A stretch of 64,000 nt of DNA from Minisyncoccota bacterium. GTDB taxonomy: Bacteria; Patescibacteriota; Minisyncoccia; UBA6257; 2-01-FULL-56-20. The position numbers were made by a program, and so were the translations under genes. Shown here piece after piece: positions 9,945 to 19,751 of this stretch. The notes under the pieces are model-generated. The model had not been told where the DNA came from. It saw only the letters and a program-made list of their open reading frames with translations, and did no database searches. Where the stretch lies: positions 1,555 to 65,554 of the forward strand of contig DATJLR010000007.1 of the NCBI GenBank assembly GCA_035509435.1, read 5' to 3'. Position 1 is the stretch's first letter; each line of letters begins with the position of its first letter.

Positions 9945-11732
9945 ATGGCAACCGAACACTCGCCGGAGAAGATCGACCATATCCGCCACTCGCTCGCGCA
10001 CCTGCTCGCGGCAGCGGTGCTCAAAGAATTCCCTGACGCCAAGCTCGGCGTGGGGCCCGCCGTGGAGAACGGCTTCTATTATGACTTTCTGCTCCCCCGC
10101 CCCGTCACGCCGGACGACCTGAAGGTGCTCGAGAAGACGATGCGCTCGTTCGTCAATAAAAAGCTGGCATTCACCGGCCGCGAGGTCACGCCCGCGGAGG
10201 CAAAAAAGCTTTTTGCGCATCAGCCATTTAAGCTGGATCTAATAAACGACTTTGCGGCCGACGGAAAGACGCTGACCGTGTATGAAACGGGTGCGCCAGA
10301 AACCAGTTCCCAGAAACCAGTTACTGTTTTTATGGATCTCTGCCGCGGCGGCCACGTGGAGAACACATCGGAAATTCCCGCGGACGCTTTTACGCTCGAT
10401 AAGATCGCGGGCGCGTACTGGAAGGGCGACGAAAAGAACCAGCAGCTCCAGCGCATCTACGGCCTCGCGTTCGGGAGCAAGGCCGCGTTAAAAGAATATG
10501 AAAAAATGATGGAAGAAGCCAAGAAGCGCGACCATCGCAAGCTTGGCAAGGAACTTCAGCTCTTCGCGATCATCGATGAGATCGGACCGGGCCTTCCGCT
10601 CTTTTATCCGAAAGGAACCATCCTGCGCCGCACGCTGGAAAATTACATTACCGAGCTGCAGGAACGCCGCGGCTACGTGCCGATCTGGATCCCCCACATC
10701 ACGAAGGGCGAGCTGTATAAGATCTCCGGACACCTCGACAAATATGACGCGATGTATCCGCCGATGGAGCTCAAGGACGAGGCGAACTATTACCTCAAGC
10801 CGATGAACTGCCCGCACTTCATGATGCTCTATAAGACACTGCCGCATTCATACCGGGAGCTGCCGGTGCGCTATGTCTGCACGACCACCAATTACCGCTA
10901 CGAAAAGTCCGGCGAACTTTCCGGTCTTACGCGCGTGCGCGCGCTCACGCAGGATGACTGCCACGTGTTCGCGCGCCCGGACCAGATCAAGCAGGAGATC
11001 AATCTGATGCTCGACATGGTCGCCGAGATATACCGGACGTTCGGCTTTGATGATTTCTGGGTGCGCATCTCGACACACGATCCCGCCAATAAGGAAAAAT
11101 ACATCGGCAACCAGAATGTCTGGGCCGATTCAGAGGCGGCGCTCACCGACCTCATAAAGGACCGCGGATGGAAGTATGATATCGGCGTGGGCGAGGCGGC
11201 ATTCTACGGCCCAAAGCTCGACTTTATATTCAAAGATGTCATCGGCCGTGATTGGCAGCTCTCCACCATACAGCTCGACATGAACCTCCCCCAACGGTTC
11301 GAGCTTGAATATATAGATGAAAGTTCTTCAAAGCAGCGCCCGGTGGTGATCCATCGCGCGATCCTCGGATCGACCGAGCGGTTCCTCGGCATCCTCATCG
11401 AGCACTTCGCCGGCAAATTCCCCGTCTGGCTCTCCCCCGTGCAAGTAGCGGTCCTTCCTGTCAGCGAAAAATTCTCCGATTATGGGAAAAAGGTTTTTGA
11501 TGAGCTTGCCGCCGCCGGCATACGCGCCGAGCTCGCGGCCGCGAACGAGTCGCTCGGCAAACGCATCCGCGAAGCGGAACTGATGAAGGTCCCCTACGTG
11601 CTCGTCGTCGGGGAGAAAGAAGAGGGCGGCGGCTCCGTGAACGTCCGCGACCGCAAGGGCGAGGAGCGCGAAATGCCGCTCAAAGAGTTCCTGAAGCATA
11701 TCAGCGCGGAGATAAAAGAAAAAGCGCTGTAA
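9945..11732 (+). CDS. thrS: Threonyl-tRNA synthetase (short form lacking N-terminal TGS domains)
   Basis: Likely true start MATEHSPEKIDHIRHSLAHLLAAAVL at 9945, in frame within the 9525 track ORF. Motifs DLCRGGHV, HRAILGS, C-terminal anticodon-binding domain. Confidence 0.9.
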   Translation: MATEHSPEKIDHIRHSLAHLLAAAVLKEFPDAKLGVGPAVENGFYYDFLLPRPVTPDDLKVLEKTMRSFVNKKLAFTGREVTPAEAKKLFAHQPFKLDLINDFAADGKTLTVYETGAPETSSQKPVTVFMDLCRGGHVENTSEIPADAFTLDKIAGAYWKGDEKNQQLQRIYGLAFGSKAALKEYEKMMEEAKKRDHRKLGKELQLFAIIDEIGPGLPLFYPKGTILRRTLENYITELQERRGYVPIWIPHITKGELYKISGHLDKYDAMYPPMELKDEANYYLKPMNCPHFMMLYKTLPHSYRELPVRYVCTTTNYRYEKSGELSGLTRVRALTQDDCHVFARPDQIKQEINLMLDMVAEIYRTFGFDDFWVRISTHDPANKEKYIGNQNVWADSEAALTDLIKDRGWKYDIGVGEAAFYGPKLDFIFKDVIGRDWQLSTIQLDMNLPQRFELEYIDESSSKQRPVVIHRAILGSTERFLGILIEHFAGKFPVWLSPVQVAVLPVSEKFSDYGKKVFDELAAAGIRAELAAANESLGKRIREAELMKVPYVLVVGEKEEGGGSVNVRDRKGEEREMPLKEFLKHISAEIKEKAL

Positions 11733-12074
11733 GCGCAGGCAAAGTAAAGGGCTTCGACGCGATCGTTCGCATCAAAGCCCTTAGGGGGTCTTGCACTTCA
11801 TCGTTCCGCCTTTCTCATCCATGTCTGGGGAACAGGATGGTTTTCTTTCCACTTGCGGATCTCTACGATCCGCCTCTCATCTGCCTCGAAATCCGGTCGC
11901 GGATCCGGCGTGGGCTGGGAGGCCACGCGCAGAAACCGAATCACCAGACCGGAGGCGGCGCAGACAACGATAAACAGATCTTCCTTCATGCCGACCGCCC
12001 TCCCGAGCGGGAGAACCACTGTTTCTAATATACCATATTGACTAAAATTGTCAAATTATGCATAATTTTTAACA

Positions 12075-12998
12075 ATGACCCAGGATACCATCAACGATTC
12101 GCTTCCCAAATTGATCGCCGTCGTCGGTCCCACCGCGAGCGGCAAAACCGCGCTCGGCATCGCGCTCGCGCAGGCGCTCGGCGGCGAGATCATTTCTGCC
12201 GACTCGCGGCAGGTCTATCGCGGGATGGACATCGGCACGGCAAAGCCGACCGCGGCGGAGCGGCGCGCGGTCCCCCATCATCTGATCGATATAAGATATC
12301 CCGACGAGGACTACACGGTCGCCGACTACCAGCGCGATGCGATCGCCGCGATCCGCGACGTCATCGCGCGCGGCCGCGTACCGCTCCTTGTCGGCGGCAC
12401 CGGCCTCTATGTGCGCGCCGTCGTGGAGAACCTCGACATACCGGCCGTCGTTGCCGACCCGCGGCTCCGTGCGGAGATCGAGCGCGAGATCGCGGACGAA
12501 GGCCTCGCGGCGGTCTTCAAGAAACTCGTCGCCCTCGATCCGGAAGCGGAATATATCGTGGACCCCAAAAATCCCCGGCGCGTGGTGCGCGCGCTCGAGG
12601 TTGCGCGCGCCACAGGCGAGCCGTTCACCGCACAGCGACGCAAACACCACCCGCTCTTTGAAACGCTCACGCTCGGCATCGACCCTTCCCCGGACGTGCT
12701 CCGCGACCGGATCGACCGGCGCGTGGACGCAATGATGCGCGACGGGCTCGTGGAAGAGACGCGAGCGCTCGTAAAAAAATACGGCGGCGCGCAGGCGGCG
12801 TTCGATGCCATCGGCTATCGTGAGATCGTCGCCCATCTGAACGGCACGCTCTCGCTTGCAGGAGCAATGACGGATATAAAATTGAACACGTGGCATTACG
12901 CCAAACGGCAGATGACATGGTTCAGGAAGGGCGATTCTGTTCAATGGATAGCGGATACGGATGAAGCGATCGTTTCGACAAAAAGATTTTTGCAATAA
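12075..12998 (+). CDS. miaA: tRNA dimethylallyltransferase
   Basis: P-loop VVGPTASGKTALGIALAQ, DSRQVYRGMDIGTAKPT. Confidence 0.9.
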   Translation: MTQDTINDSLPKLIAVVGPTASGKTALGIALAQALGGEIISADSRQVYRGMDIGTAKPTAAERRAVPHHLIDIRYPDEDYTVADYQRDAIAAIRDVIARGRVPLLVGGTGLYVRAVVENLDIPAVVADPRLRAEIEREIADEGLAAVFKKLVALDPEAEYIVDPKNPRRVVRALEVARATGEPFTAQRRKHHPLFETLTLGIDPSPDVLRDRIDRRVDAMMRDGLVEETRALVKKYGGAQAAFDAIGYREIVAHLNGTLSLAGAMTDIKLNTWHYAKRQMTWFRKGDSVQWIADTDEAIVSTKRFLQ

Positions 12999-13051
12999 AA
13001 AAACGCCTGAAGCAAATTAATGCTCCAAGCGCCCGTTGAATAGGGTCTCCT

Positions 13052-13420
13052 TTATTTTCTGGCACCTCCTGCGGCCCAAGAGCCAGGGAGGTTGCGCCTT
13101 GAATAAGGATGGCTCATCATCCGCTGCCGCTCATCTTGTGCGGCGGTCGTGGCCGTGAAGATCCGCGTGGGACCATCATTTTCGGAAGAGGATTCGGTCC
13201 AATGCCGGATGATCGAAATCCATGTCAAGAGCGCGAACAGCCCCGGGATGATGATTATCGGCGACCAGACTACGATCCTGACGGTTAGCCACGAGTAATT
13301 GCGTTCCGCCATCCAGCTCGGTTCCGGCGCGCTAGAAAAATAGCATGCCATGGCGACCGAAGCGCAGATAACGATCAGAGTGACAAAGACAAGGCGGATA
13401 GGGGTGATTTTCGGGAACAC
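13052..13420 (-). CDS. Hypothetical small membrane protein
   Basis: 122 aa with 2-3 hydrophobic helices; no homology recognised. Confidence 0.3.
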   Translation of the reverse strand: MFPKITPIRLVFVTLIVICASVAMACYFSSAPEPSWMAERNYSWLTVRIVVWSPIIIIPGLFALLTWISIIRHWTESSSENDGPTRIFTATTAAQDERQRMMSHPYSRRNLPGSWAAGGARK

Positions 13421-13625
13421 GAAGCCTCCTTTGGCTGGGGATATGAGATTGAGGACAAAGAACTATGGGGCGAACGAGCGCACCGAAGATTTCTTCGCTA
13501 TAACTTCGTGAAGAAAGCCCCTTGGGAAACGAACATTATTTCCTCACTTCACAAAAGGCTGTCTCCACGAATGCGGCAGTAAAAAAATCTTATATGAGCT
13601 AACAATAGCATACCACCTTTATGAA

Positions 13626-15083
13626 CTATTGCAAGTTCTTCTCGAACAATTCCCGCAACATCTCCGGCCGTGCACGCCCCTTCAGGCGGCCCATCGCCTT
13701 TCCGATCAGGAACTGCAAGCTCGCCGTCTTCCCCTTTTTATAGTCCGCCACGGCCGCCGCGTTCTCCCCGATGACCGCAAGCACCACGGCCTCCACCTCA
13801 TCCGCATCGCCGATGCCGATGTTCTCGCTCTTTATGATCTCTTCCGGATCGGCGCCCGTCTCGAACATTTTTGCCAGCATGTCCTTGGCTTGGCGGCTCG
13901 TGATCTTCTGCTGGTCAATGAGCACCGCCAGCGCGCCGAGCCCCTCCGGCCGCACCTTAAGGTCGGCAAACGACGTGCCAGCCTCGTTCATAAGCCCCCG
14001 AAGGTCGCTCGTTAAATAGTTATAAACGATAGTCGGACTGCCATCGGGAATATCTTCACGAAACTCAGAAACCGCTTCCTCGAAGTAGTTGGCCATCGCG
14101 ATATCCCCTGTCAGCGCGTCAGCGGCGCGGGCGTCCAATCCGTATTCCTTCGCAAAACGAACGCGTTTCGCTTCCGGCAACTCAGGGATCGAATCGCGCA
14201 ATGCCTCGATGCCGAGCACCGCCGTCTCGAACGGCGGGATATCCGGCTCCGGGAAATAGCGATAGTCCTGGGCCTCTTCCTTTGAGCGCTGCGGGACGCT
14301 TTTTTGCTTTGCGTCATCCCAGCCGCGTGTCTCCTGCGTGACTTTCTCGCCCTTATCCAAAATTTCCGCCTGGCGCTTGATCTCATAATTGATCGCCTGG
14401 AATACCGAGTTGAATGAGTTCAGGTTCTTGACCTCCGCCCGCGTGCCAAGCGCGGCGCTGCCGTCCGGCGCGATGGAAATGTTCGCGTCGGCGCGCATTT
14501 GGCCGCGCTCAAGGTCGGCGTCGGATGCGCCGAGATAGCGCAGGATGAGCTGCAGCTCCTTCATGAATGCCACCGCATCCTCCGCGCTATGGATGTCCGG
14601 CTCCGTCACAAGCTCCATGAGCGGCACTCCCGCCCGGTTATAATCCACGAGCGTTCCGCCGCCCACATCGTCATGCATCAGCTTGCCCGCGTCCTCTTCC
14701 AGGTGGATATGGTTCACTTTGATCCCGCGCAGCGCGCCACCGGTCATGAGCGGCTGGCCGTTCTGGGAGATCTGATACGCTTTCGGAAGGTCGGGATAGA
14801 AATAGTTCTTGCGGTCAAAACGCGAGCGGCCGTTCGGAGTGCCGCCGAGCGCGAGGCCGACCCGCACGACGTGCTCGATCGCCTGTCTATTCGGCACCGG
14901 CAGCGTTCCCGGATGGCCCATGCAAACGGGGCACACATTCACATTCGGACGCAACTCGCCCGGATCGTTCAGCGAGTCGCAGAACATCTTGGTGCGCGTT
15001 TTGAGTTCCGCATGCACCTCAAGGCCGATGGTAGGTTTATAGTCGCTCATTGATAGTTCTGATAGTAGCCGAAAACGGCCCAT
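13626..15083 (-). CDS. gatB: Asp/Glu-tRNA amidotransferase subunit B
   Basis: YKPTIGLEVHAELKTRTKMFC, CPVCMGHPGTLPV; C-terminal GatB/YqeY domain. Confidence 0.9.
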   Translation of the reverse strand: MGRFRLLSELSMSDYKPTIGLEVHAELKTRTKMFCDSLNDPGELRPNVNVCPVCMGHPGTLPVPNRQAIEHVVRVGLALGGTPNGRSRFDRKNYFYPDLPKAYQISQNGQPLMTGGALRGIKVNHIHLEEDAGKLMHDDVGGGTLVDYNRAGVPLMELVTEPDIHSAEDAVAFMKELQLILRYLGASDADLERGQMRADANISIAPDGSAALGTRAEVKNLNSFNSVFQAINYEIKRQAEILDKGEKVTQETRGWDDAKQKSVPQRSKEEAQDYRYFPEPDIPPFETAVLGIEALRDSIPELPEAKRVRFAKEYGLDARAADALTGDIAMANYFEEAVSEFREDIPDGSPTIVYNYLTSDLRGLMNEAGTSFADLKVRPEGLGALAVLIDQQKITSRQAKDMLAKMFETGADPEEIIKSENIGIGDADEVEAVVLAVIGENAAAVADYKKGKTASLQFLIGKAMGRLKGRARPEMLRELFEKNLQ

Positions 15084-15131
15084 TGTTCAATGTTCCAAAT
15101 GTGATTTAACTATGTTTTAATATATATCAAT

Positions 15132-15686
15132 ATGATCATCACCATTGGCGGCAATCTCGGGGCGGGAAAAACGACACTTGCGGCGAAACTTGCCGAGGCG
15201 CTTCACTACGAAGAACTCTATGTAGGCGGCATCTTCCGACAGATGGCCGCGGAAAAGAATCTCACCATCGAGCAGTTCTATGCCCAGCTCAAAAGCGATC
15301 CCGCCGTCGAGCAGGCAGTGGACAAGCGCCAGGCCACCCATATGCGCGAGAAGGACAACGTGGTCGTCCAGGGACGCGTGGCGTGGTATTTCGCAAAAAG
15401 CAGTCCGTTCGGGGTGCTGAACATCCTGCTTACCGTCGACCCCGCGGTCGGCGCGCGGCGGTCAGGAGAGAAAAAGGAAAATATCGGAAAGACTACCGAC
15501 GAGATGGTGATCGCCACTGCGGAGCGCGAGAAAATGGAACGCGAGCGCTATGCGATGCTCTATGGCATAAAAAACCATCTCGACCCGGCGCATTATGATC
15601 TTATCCTCGACACCACATTGCTCACCCCGGATGAAGTGTTCGAAAAAGTGCTTGGCGCAGTTTATACAAAGGAAGCGAAAAAATGA
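15132..15686 (+). CDS. Cytidylate kinase-like P-loop kinase
   Basis: MIITIGGNLGAGKTTLAAKLAEAL Walker A; size and pattern of the cytidylate kinase 2 family. Confidence 0.55.
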   Translation: MIITIGGNLGAGKTTLAAKLAEALHYEELYVGGIFRQMAAEKNLTIEQFYAQLKSDPAVEQAVDKRQATHMREKDNVVVQGRVAWYFAKSSPFGVLNILLTVDPAVGARRSGEKKENIGKTTDEMVIATAEREKMERERYAMLYGIKNHLDPAHYDLILDTTLLTPDEVFEKVLGAVYTKEAKK

Positions 15687-15694
15687 TCTTTTTC

Positions 15695-15725
15695 CGATAA
15701 ATAAAAGCCCGCGGGCGATGAGCGA
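15695..15725. terminator. Bidirectional hairpin (gcccgcgggc) with A/T runs between convergent kinase and rplK genes
   Basis: ataaataaaagcccgcgggcgatgag; on the minus strand it is followed by ttttatttat. Coordinates approximate. Confidence 0.4.
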
Positions 15726-15768
15726 GTGGCCGTTCCGACGGCGGAGTGAATCGCGTGCGGATTTTTAT

Positions 15769-16194
15769 TTATCCCTCTACCGTGATCCCCATGTTGCGGG
15801 CGGTTCCCGCAATGATCTTTTCTGCAGCTTCCAGGTTGTCGGTGTTCAGGTCAGCGAGCTTGCGTTCGGCGATCTTGCGAATGTCCGCCTTCGTGACCTT
15901 ACCCACCTTTCCGGTGAGGGGGTTCGCGGCGCCCTTCTCTATGCCGGCTGCCTGCTTTAGCAGTGCGGCTGCCGGAGGCGTCTTTAAAATAAAAGTGAAC
16001 GAGCGGTCCTCGAAGATCGTGATCTCCGCCGGAACAACGTCGCCCTTCATGTCTTTCGTGGCATCATTGAACTGCTTGCAGAACTCCTGGATATTAATGC
16101 CTTGCGGGCCGAGCACGGTGCCCACCGGCGGAGCCGGCGTGGCCGCAGCGGCGGCGAGCTGGAGCTTCAGCACTGTTTTTACCTTCTTTGCCAT
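15769..16194 (-). CDS. rplK: Ribosomal protein L11
   Basis: 141 aa; [43 protein letters not shown]. Confidence 0.95.
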   Translation of the reverse strand: MAKKVKTVLKLQLAAAAATPAPPVGTVLGPQGINIQEFCKQFNDATKDMKGDVVPAEITIFEDRSFTFILKTPPAAALLKQAAGIEKGAANPLTGKVGKVTKADIRKIAERKLADLNTDNLEAAEKIIAGTARNMGITVEG

Positions 16195-16254
16195 AGTACG
16201 AATATAGTACAGGATGTCCCATATAAAATCAAGGCGGAGAGCGGGACGGTCGGC

Positions 16255-16809
16255 CTACTTGCCGTTCATTGCGGCAAACGTGGCCTTGTCGATAACGCCG
16301 GTCTGCGGGATGCCATGCGCCTTTTGGAACGCCTCGACCGCCGCCTCGGTTACGGGGCCGTATACGCCGGTCGTCGTTGCGATCTTTAAGTAGCCTATAT
16401 TGATGAAGAATTTTTGTATGGCGGAGGCCTCGGACGCTGACGCTCCCGGCCCTACGACGACGAACGTCGAAGCCCCCGCGGCAAGCGAAGAGGTAACAGC
16501 GCTCGACGCGATCGTGATCATCCCCGTCACCGCAAGGCCCTTGTCCGATTGAAACGCCTTTACCGCTGCTTCAGTGGAAGTATCGTACACACCGGTCGGC
16601 TGCCCCTTCAGGTAGCCTTCATCGATGAGCGCGCGCTGGACCGCGCTCACCATCACATTCTTGCTCCCGAGCGAAAGGGCCACGGAAGGAGTTGACGATG
16701 CGGATGGCGCGGCAACGCCCGGAGTCGCCTGCAGGTGGACAAAGATGATGGCTCCGCCCACCAGGGCGGCAAGGATGAGGGCTACTATGATCAGTGTTGT
16801 TTGGTTCAT
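16255..16809 (-). CDS. Secreted protein with two peptidoglycan-binding (PG_binding_1-like) repeats
   Basis: Signal/TM helix; two repeats of (V/I)Q(R/K)ALIDEGYLKG...TGVYDTSTEAAVKAFQ. Confidence 0.65.
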   Translation of the reverse strand: MNQTTLIIVALILAALVGGAIIFVHLQATPGVAAPSASSTPSVALSLGSKNVMVSAVQRALIDEGYLKGQPTGVYDTSTEAAVKAFQSDKGLAVTGMITIASSAVTSSLAAGASTFVVVGPGASASEASAIQKFFINIGYLKIATTTGVYGPVTEAAVEAFQKAHGIPQTGVIDKATFAAMNGK

Positions 16810-16826
16810 AAGATGGATGATCGATT

Positions 16827-18347
16827 TTATAGCGTGCAGCTCATGCTGATATCCGACGCGTCATCATAAATGGCGCATTCGGAACCGCCGCCGTCTGCTC
16901 CGCTGCTGCCGCCAATATCAGACCCGCCGCATTCGGGACTATCGGGATAGTCATCGCAATAGTTCGAATCGCTCCCGGAATCGGATCCGATACATGACGC
17001 ATCATCGGGGTTTTCCGAACAGTAATTCGGGCAGTCGGGATCGGCGGGATTCTGGTCGCAGTAGTCGCTTCCCGAATTGCCTGGACAGCTCGGATCGGCG
17101 GGATTCTGGTCGCAAAACGATGGCGTGCTGGGAACGGAGGCGCACCATGACGGTTCGGGGTCTGTAGTGGCACAAACGCTGGCGCAGGAAACATCCTCTC
17201 CCGTGGCGGAATCAACGCAATCCCCGCTTCCGATAGCCTGGCACGATCCGTCGGGAGCCGCAGAGGTGCCGCTTGGGCAACTGTTGGCGGGCGCATTGCT
17301 GCACGACGGATCACTGGCTGGACATTGGGTTCCGGATGCTTCGGTACAGCTGCCGTCCGCATTCGCAGTATAGCCCGGCGCGCATGTGCACTGGCCGCTT
17401 GAGGAATCATAGGTCTGGTTTCCTCCGCACGCAGGGGAGGTCGGCTCTGAAGTTGATGACGGAGATTGTGTCGGCGTCGGGGGCTGGCACCCCGTCGAAT
17501 CATCGAACGTCCATCCCTCCGCGAGTTGGGCGGCGGTACAGGCCGGAAATTGGCATGTATAACTGCCCGGCACAGACGGCGACCATACGGGCGTACTGCC
17601 AGGATGCTCTGCCGCGCAAACATCCGTGCAATTTCCAACTGTGACATTTCCACTGTTAAGCTCACGGATCGCCTCTTGTACAGGACCATCGGTCCCCCAA
17701 TTGGGTTGCGGCGACTCCGGACCCACAAAACTCATAAGGCCATCCTCGTCAGAAGGGGAATCCGCCAATCCAAACGCATGCCCCATTTCATGCTCTATCA
17801 GGCTCGTGAGCGCTGAAGGATCATTGAAGAAACCCAGGGACTCCAATGCGCTCTGATTTATATAAATGTGACCGATGGTCGCGCCGGTAACAGCATCCAC
17901 GTTGGTCCACTCGCATCCATCGGTTCCGCTATAACACTGACTGTTATCGGTACCCATCTCGATTTGAATGCTATTATTGCTTGCCCCATCCGTTGCCTGT
18001 GGAAACCCGCTGATCGAGTTCCCCTGGGCCGTAGCGGAGTTCACGGCGCTTACGAGATTGACACAATCGGCTCCACTGCAATTCACTCCTACGGTATACG
18101 TACCGGTGATGTTATAGATCTTCCCGTCCGGCATTACCTCGACCCCTACTATTTCTTTTGCGACCGTGCCGTCTGATCCTGTTATTGTACACGTGCTCGG
18201 CGCTGCGGGGGGCGGATTCGTAACGGTCACAGCCGCGGAAACGATACGCGTGGAGATGAGTCCCGCCACAAATAGAACACAAAGTGCAAACGCCAAAGCC
18301 ATCTCCGATCGCCGCTCCGGCCTCTTAAAGAAAGGTCTCATGATCAT
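16827..18347 (-). CDS. Secreted zinc metalloprotease (HEMGHAFGL, matrixin/M10-like) with Cys-rich CDQNPADPxCP C-terminal repeats
   Basis: The track ORF begins at a GTG at 18680. The probable real start is MIMRPFFKRPERRSEMALAFALCVLFVAG (signal peptide) near 18347, abutting the upstream gene's stop. Start coordinate is approximate to +/-3 nt. Confidence 0.65.
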   Translation of the reverse strand: MIMRPFFKRPERRSEMALAFALCVLFVAGLISTRIVSAAVTVTNPPPAAPSTCTITGSDGTVAKEIVGVEVMPDGKIYNITGTYTVGVNCSGADCVNLVSAVNSATAQGNSISGFPQATDGASNNSIQIEMGTDNSQCYSGTDGCEWTNVDAVTGATIGHIYINQSALESLGFFNDPSALTSLIEHEMGHAFGLADSPSDEDGLMSFVGPESPQPNWGTDGPVQEAIRELNSGNVTVGNCTDVCAAEHPGSTPVWSPSVPGSYTCQFPACTAAQLAEGWTFDDSTGCQPPTPTQSPSSTSEPTSPACGGNQTYDSSSGQCTCAPGYTANADGSCTEASGTQCPASDPSCSNAPANSCPSGTSAAPDGSCQAIGSGDCVDSATGEDVSCASVCATTDPEPSWCASVPSTPSFCDQNPADPSCPGNSGSDYCDQNPADPDCPNYCSENPDDASCIGSDSGSDSNYCDDYPDSPECGGSDIGGSSGADGGGSECAIYDDASDISMSCTL

Positions 18348-18979
18348 ATTTGCGGGCCAATAAAAATTCCCACCGTTGCGCCGTTCGCCGGATCCGTGAC
18401 CATAACATATGGAACATTGCCCATGACACCCGAATTGACGGTGCACCCAAGGGCCTGCAATGAAGCGATGGCGGATTGTGAATTGCCCGTTGCGCCGCCA
18501 AGGATCGTCGCCACAGTGGCGTGCTGGGATGTGCACGTAGAAGTGGACAATACTACCGTTGGGCCGCGGACCGGCGTAGTGGGACATCCGGATGCAGGGC
18601 ACGCCGGCGTGACAGCGGCCGAAGGCGACGTGGGAGACAGTACAAAGTTCGTGCTTGCCGATCCCCCACTCCCGGTGCACGTGATGGTATACGTATAGCT
18701 ACCCGTGCTTGGAGGGGTCACCGTGAACGATCCGCTCGTAGGTATCGCTCCTGTTCCGCCGATATTCCCGGACGCGGTGCAAGAGTTGGCATTCGTGCTC
18801 GACCACGTGATCGTGGTCGACTCACCGAGCGTGATCGTCGAGGGATTTGCCGAAGCGCTCACGGTGGGGGGAGGGGTCTGCGCACTCGCATAAAATGTGC
18901 TGAAGATCCGGAGCGAGATCAGAAATAATCCAGCCAGAATGGCGAGGGTGATGCCAATTGTCCGCCCGCCCAGCTTCAT
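18344..18979 (-). CDS. Secreted Thr/Ser/Gly-rich protein with Ig-like repeat (SASANPSTITLGESTTITWSSTNANSCTASG)
   Basis: 211 aa; N-terminal signal/TM; forms a likely operon with the metalloprotease. Confidence 0.5.
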   Translation of the reverse strand: MKLGGRTIGITLAILAGLFLISLRIFSTFYASAQTPPPTVSASANPSTITLGESTTITWSSTNANSCTASGNIGGTGAIPTSGSFTVTPPSTGSYTYTITCTGSGGSASTNFVLSPTSPSAAVTPACPASGCPTTPVRGPTVVLSTSTCTSQHATVATILGGATGNSQSAIASLQALGCTVNSGVMGNVPYVMVTDPANGATVGIFIGPQI

Positions 18980-19033
18980 GACTTTTATAGTAGCATATCG
19001 CCCCCGGCCGTAGCGCCTGAACTGTGGAAAGCC

Positions 19034-19528
19034 CTAGAACGGGATGTCCTCCGGCTTGATCTCGTCTTCCTCCAGATTGATCACCGGGATCTCGTCGAGC
19101 GAGGGCGCTGCGTCTTTATCTTCACCTTGCGCATGTGAAGACGGCGCGCCTCCGCCGAAGCTCCTGCCGCCGCCCTGCCCTCCCCCGCCGCCGGCGTTCG
19201 CGGCGCGCGGGCCGAGCTGCATGCGTTCCGCCATTACCTCCGTTGTTTTGCGCTGCTGGCCGTTCTTGTCCGTCCAGCTCCGCGTCTGGAGCCGGCCCTC
19301 GATGAGGATCATTGCACCTTTCGTTAAGTATTGGCCCGCGATCTCCGCCTGGCGCCCCCACAGGACAACGTTATGGAACTCCGTCTGCTCCTGCTTCTGG
19401 CCGGCTTTGTCCGTCCACGTGCGGTTCGTCGCCACGCCGATCGTCGTGACCGACTGGCCGCCAGGCGTGGAGCGCACCTGCGGGTCCGCCGTTACCCGTC
19501 CCACCAAAATGACCTTGTTCAAATCCAT
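19034..19528 (-). CDS. ssb: Single-stranded DNA-binding protein
   Basis: OB-fold MDLNKVILVGRVTADPQVR, Gly-rich linker, acidic C-terminal tail ending DIPF. Confidence 0.95.
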   Translation of the reverse strand: MDLNKVILVGRVTADPQVRSTPGGQSVTTIGVATNRTWTDKAGQKQEQTEFHNVVLWGRQAEIAGQYLTKGAMILIEGRLQTRSWTDKNGQQRKTTEVMAERMQLGPRAANAGGGGGQGGGRSFGGGAPSSHAQGEDKDAAPSLDEIPVINLEEDEIKPEDIPF

Positions 19529-19592
19529 GGTTTTATATGGTTTTTTAGTTTATTTACCCCTATCTTAGCACATTGTGCATTAAAACTCTCTT

Positions 19593-19722
19593 AAAGGAAA
19601 TCAGGAGAAGGCATACTGTTTCAAAGGCGTCTCGGAAGCGCGAAGGCGCTGAGAGCCAAGGCGGCCGGTCAGCAGACCGGAACGCCGCCATTTGAAACAG
19701 ATGCCTTCTCCTGATTTCTCTG
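19593..19722. ncRNA. Structured RNA candidate in the ssb/phosphatase divergent intergenic region
   Basis: A ~29-bp near-perfect inverted repeat (gaaatcaggagaaggcatactgtttcaaa / tttgaaacagatgccttctcctgatttc) encloses a 67-nt GC-rich core. The core has nested hairpins gcgc-GAAG-gcgc and ccggtc-AGCA-gaccgg plus ggcgg/ccgcc pairing, and contains AGCCAAGGC. Class and strand unknown. Confidence 0.4.
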
Positions 19723-19751
19723 CCTTTTAAGAAAAGGGGTAGAATTAAGAA

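Noticed and set aside
19593-19722. Calling the ssb-adjacent structured element SRP (4.5S) RNA.
   Set aside because: It shares AGCCAAGGC and a GGAA/GAAG loop with helix 8, but my fold is branched with an asymmetric internal loop rather than the symmetric-loop hairpin of SRP domain IV. It is left as an unclassified candidate.
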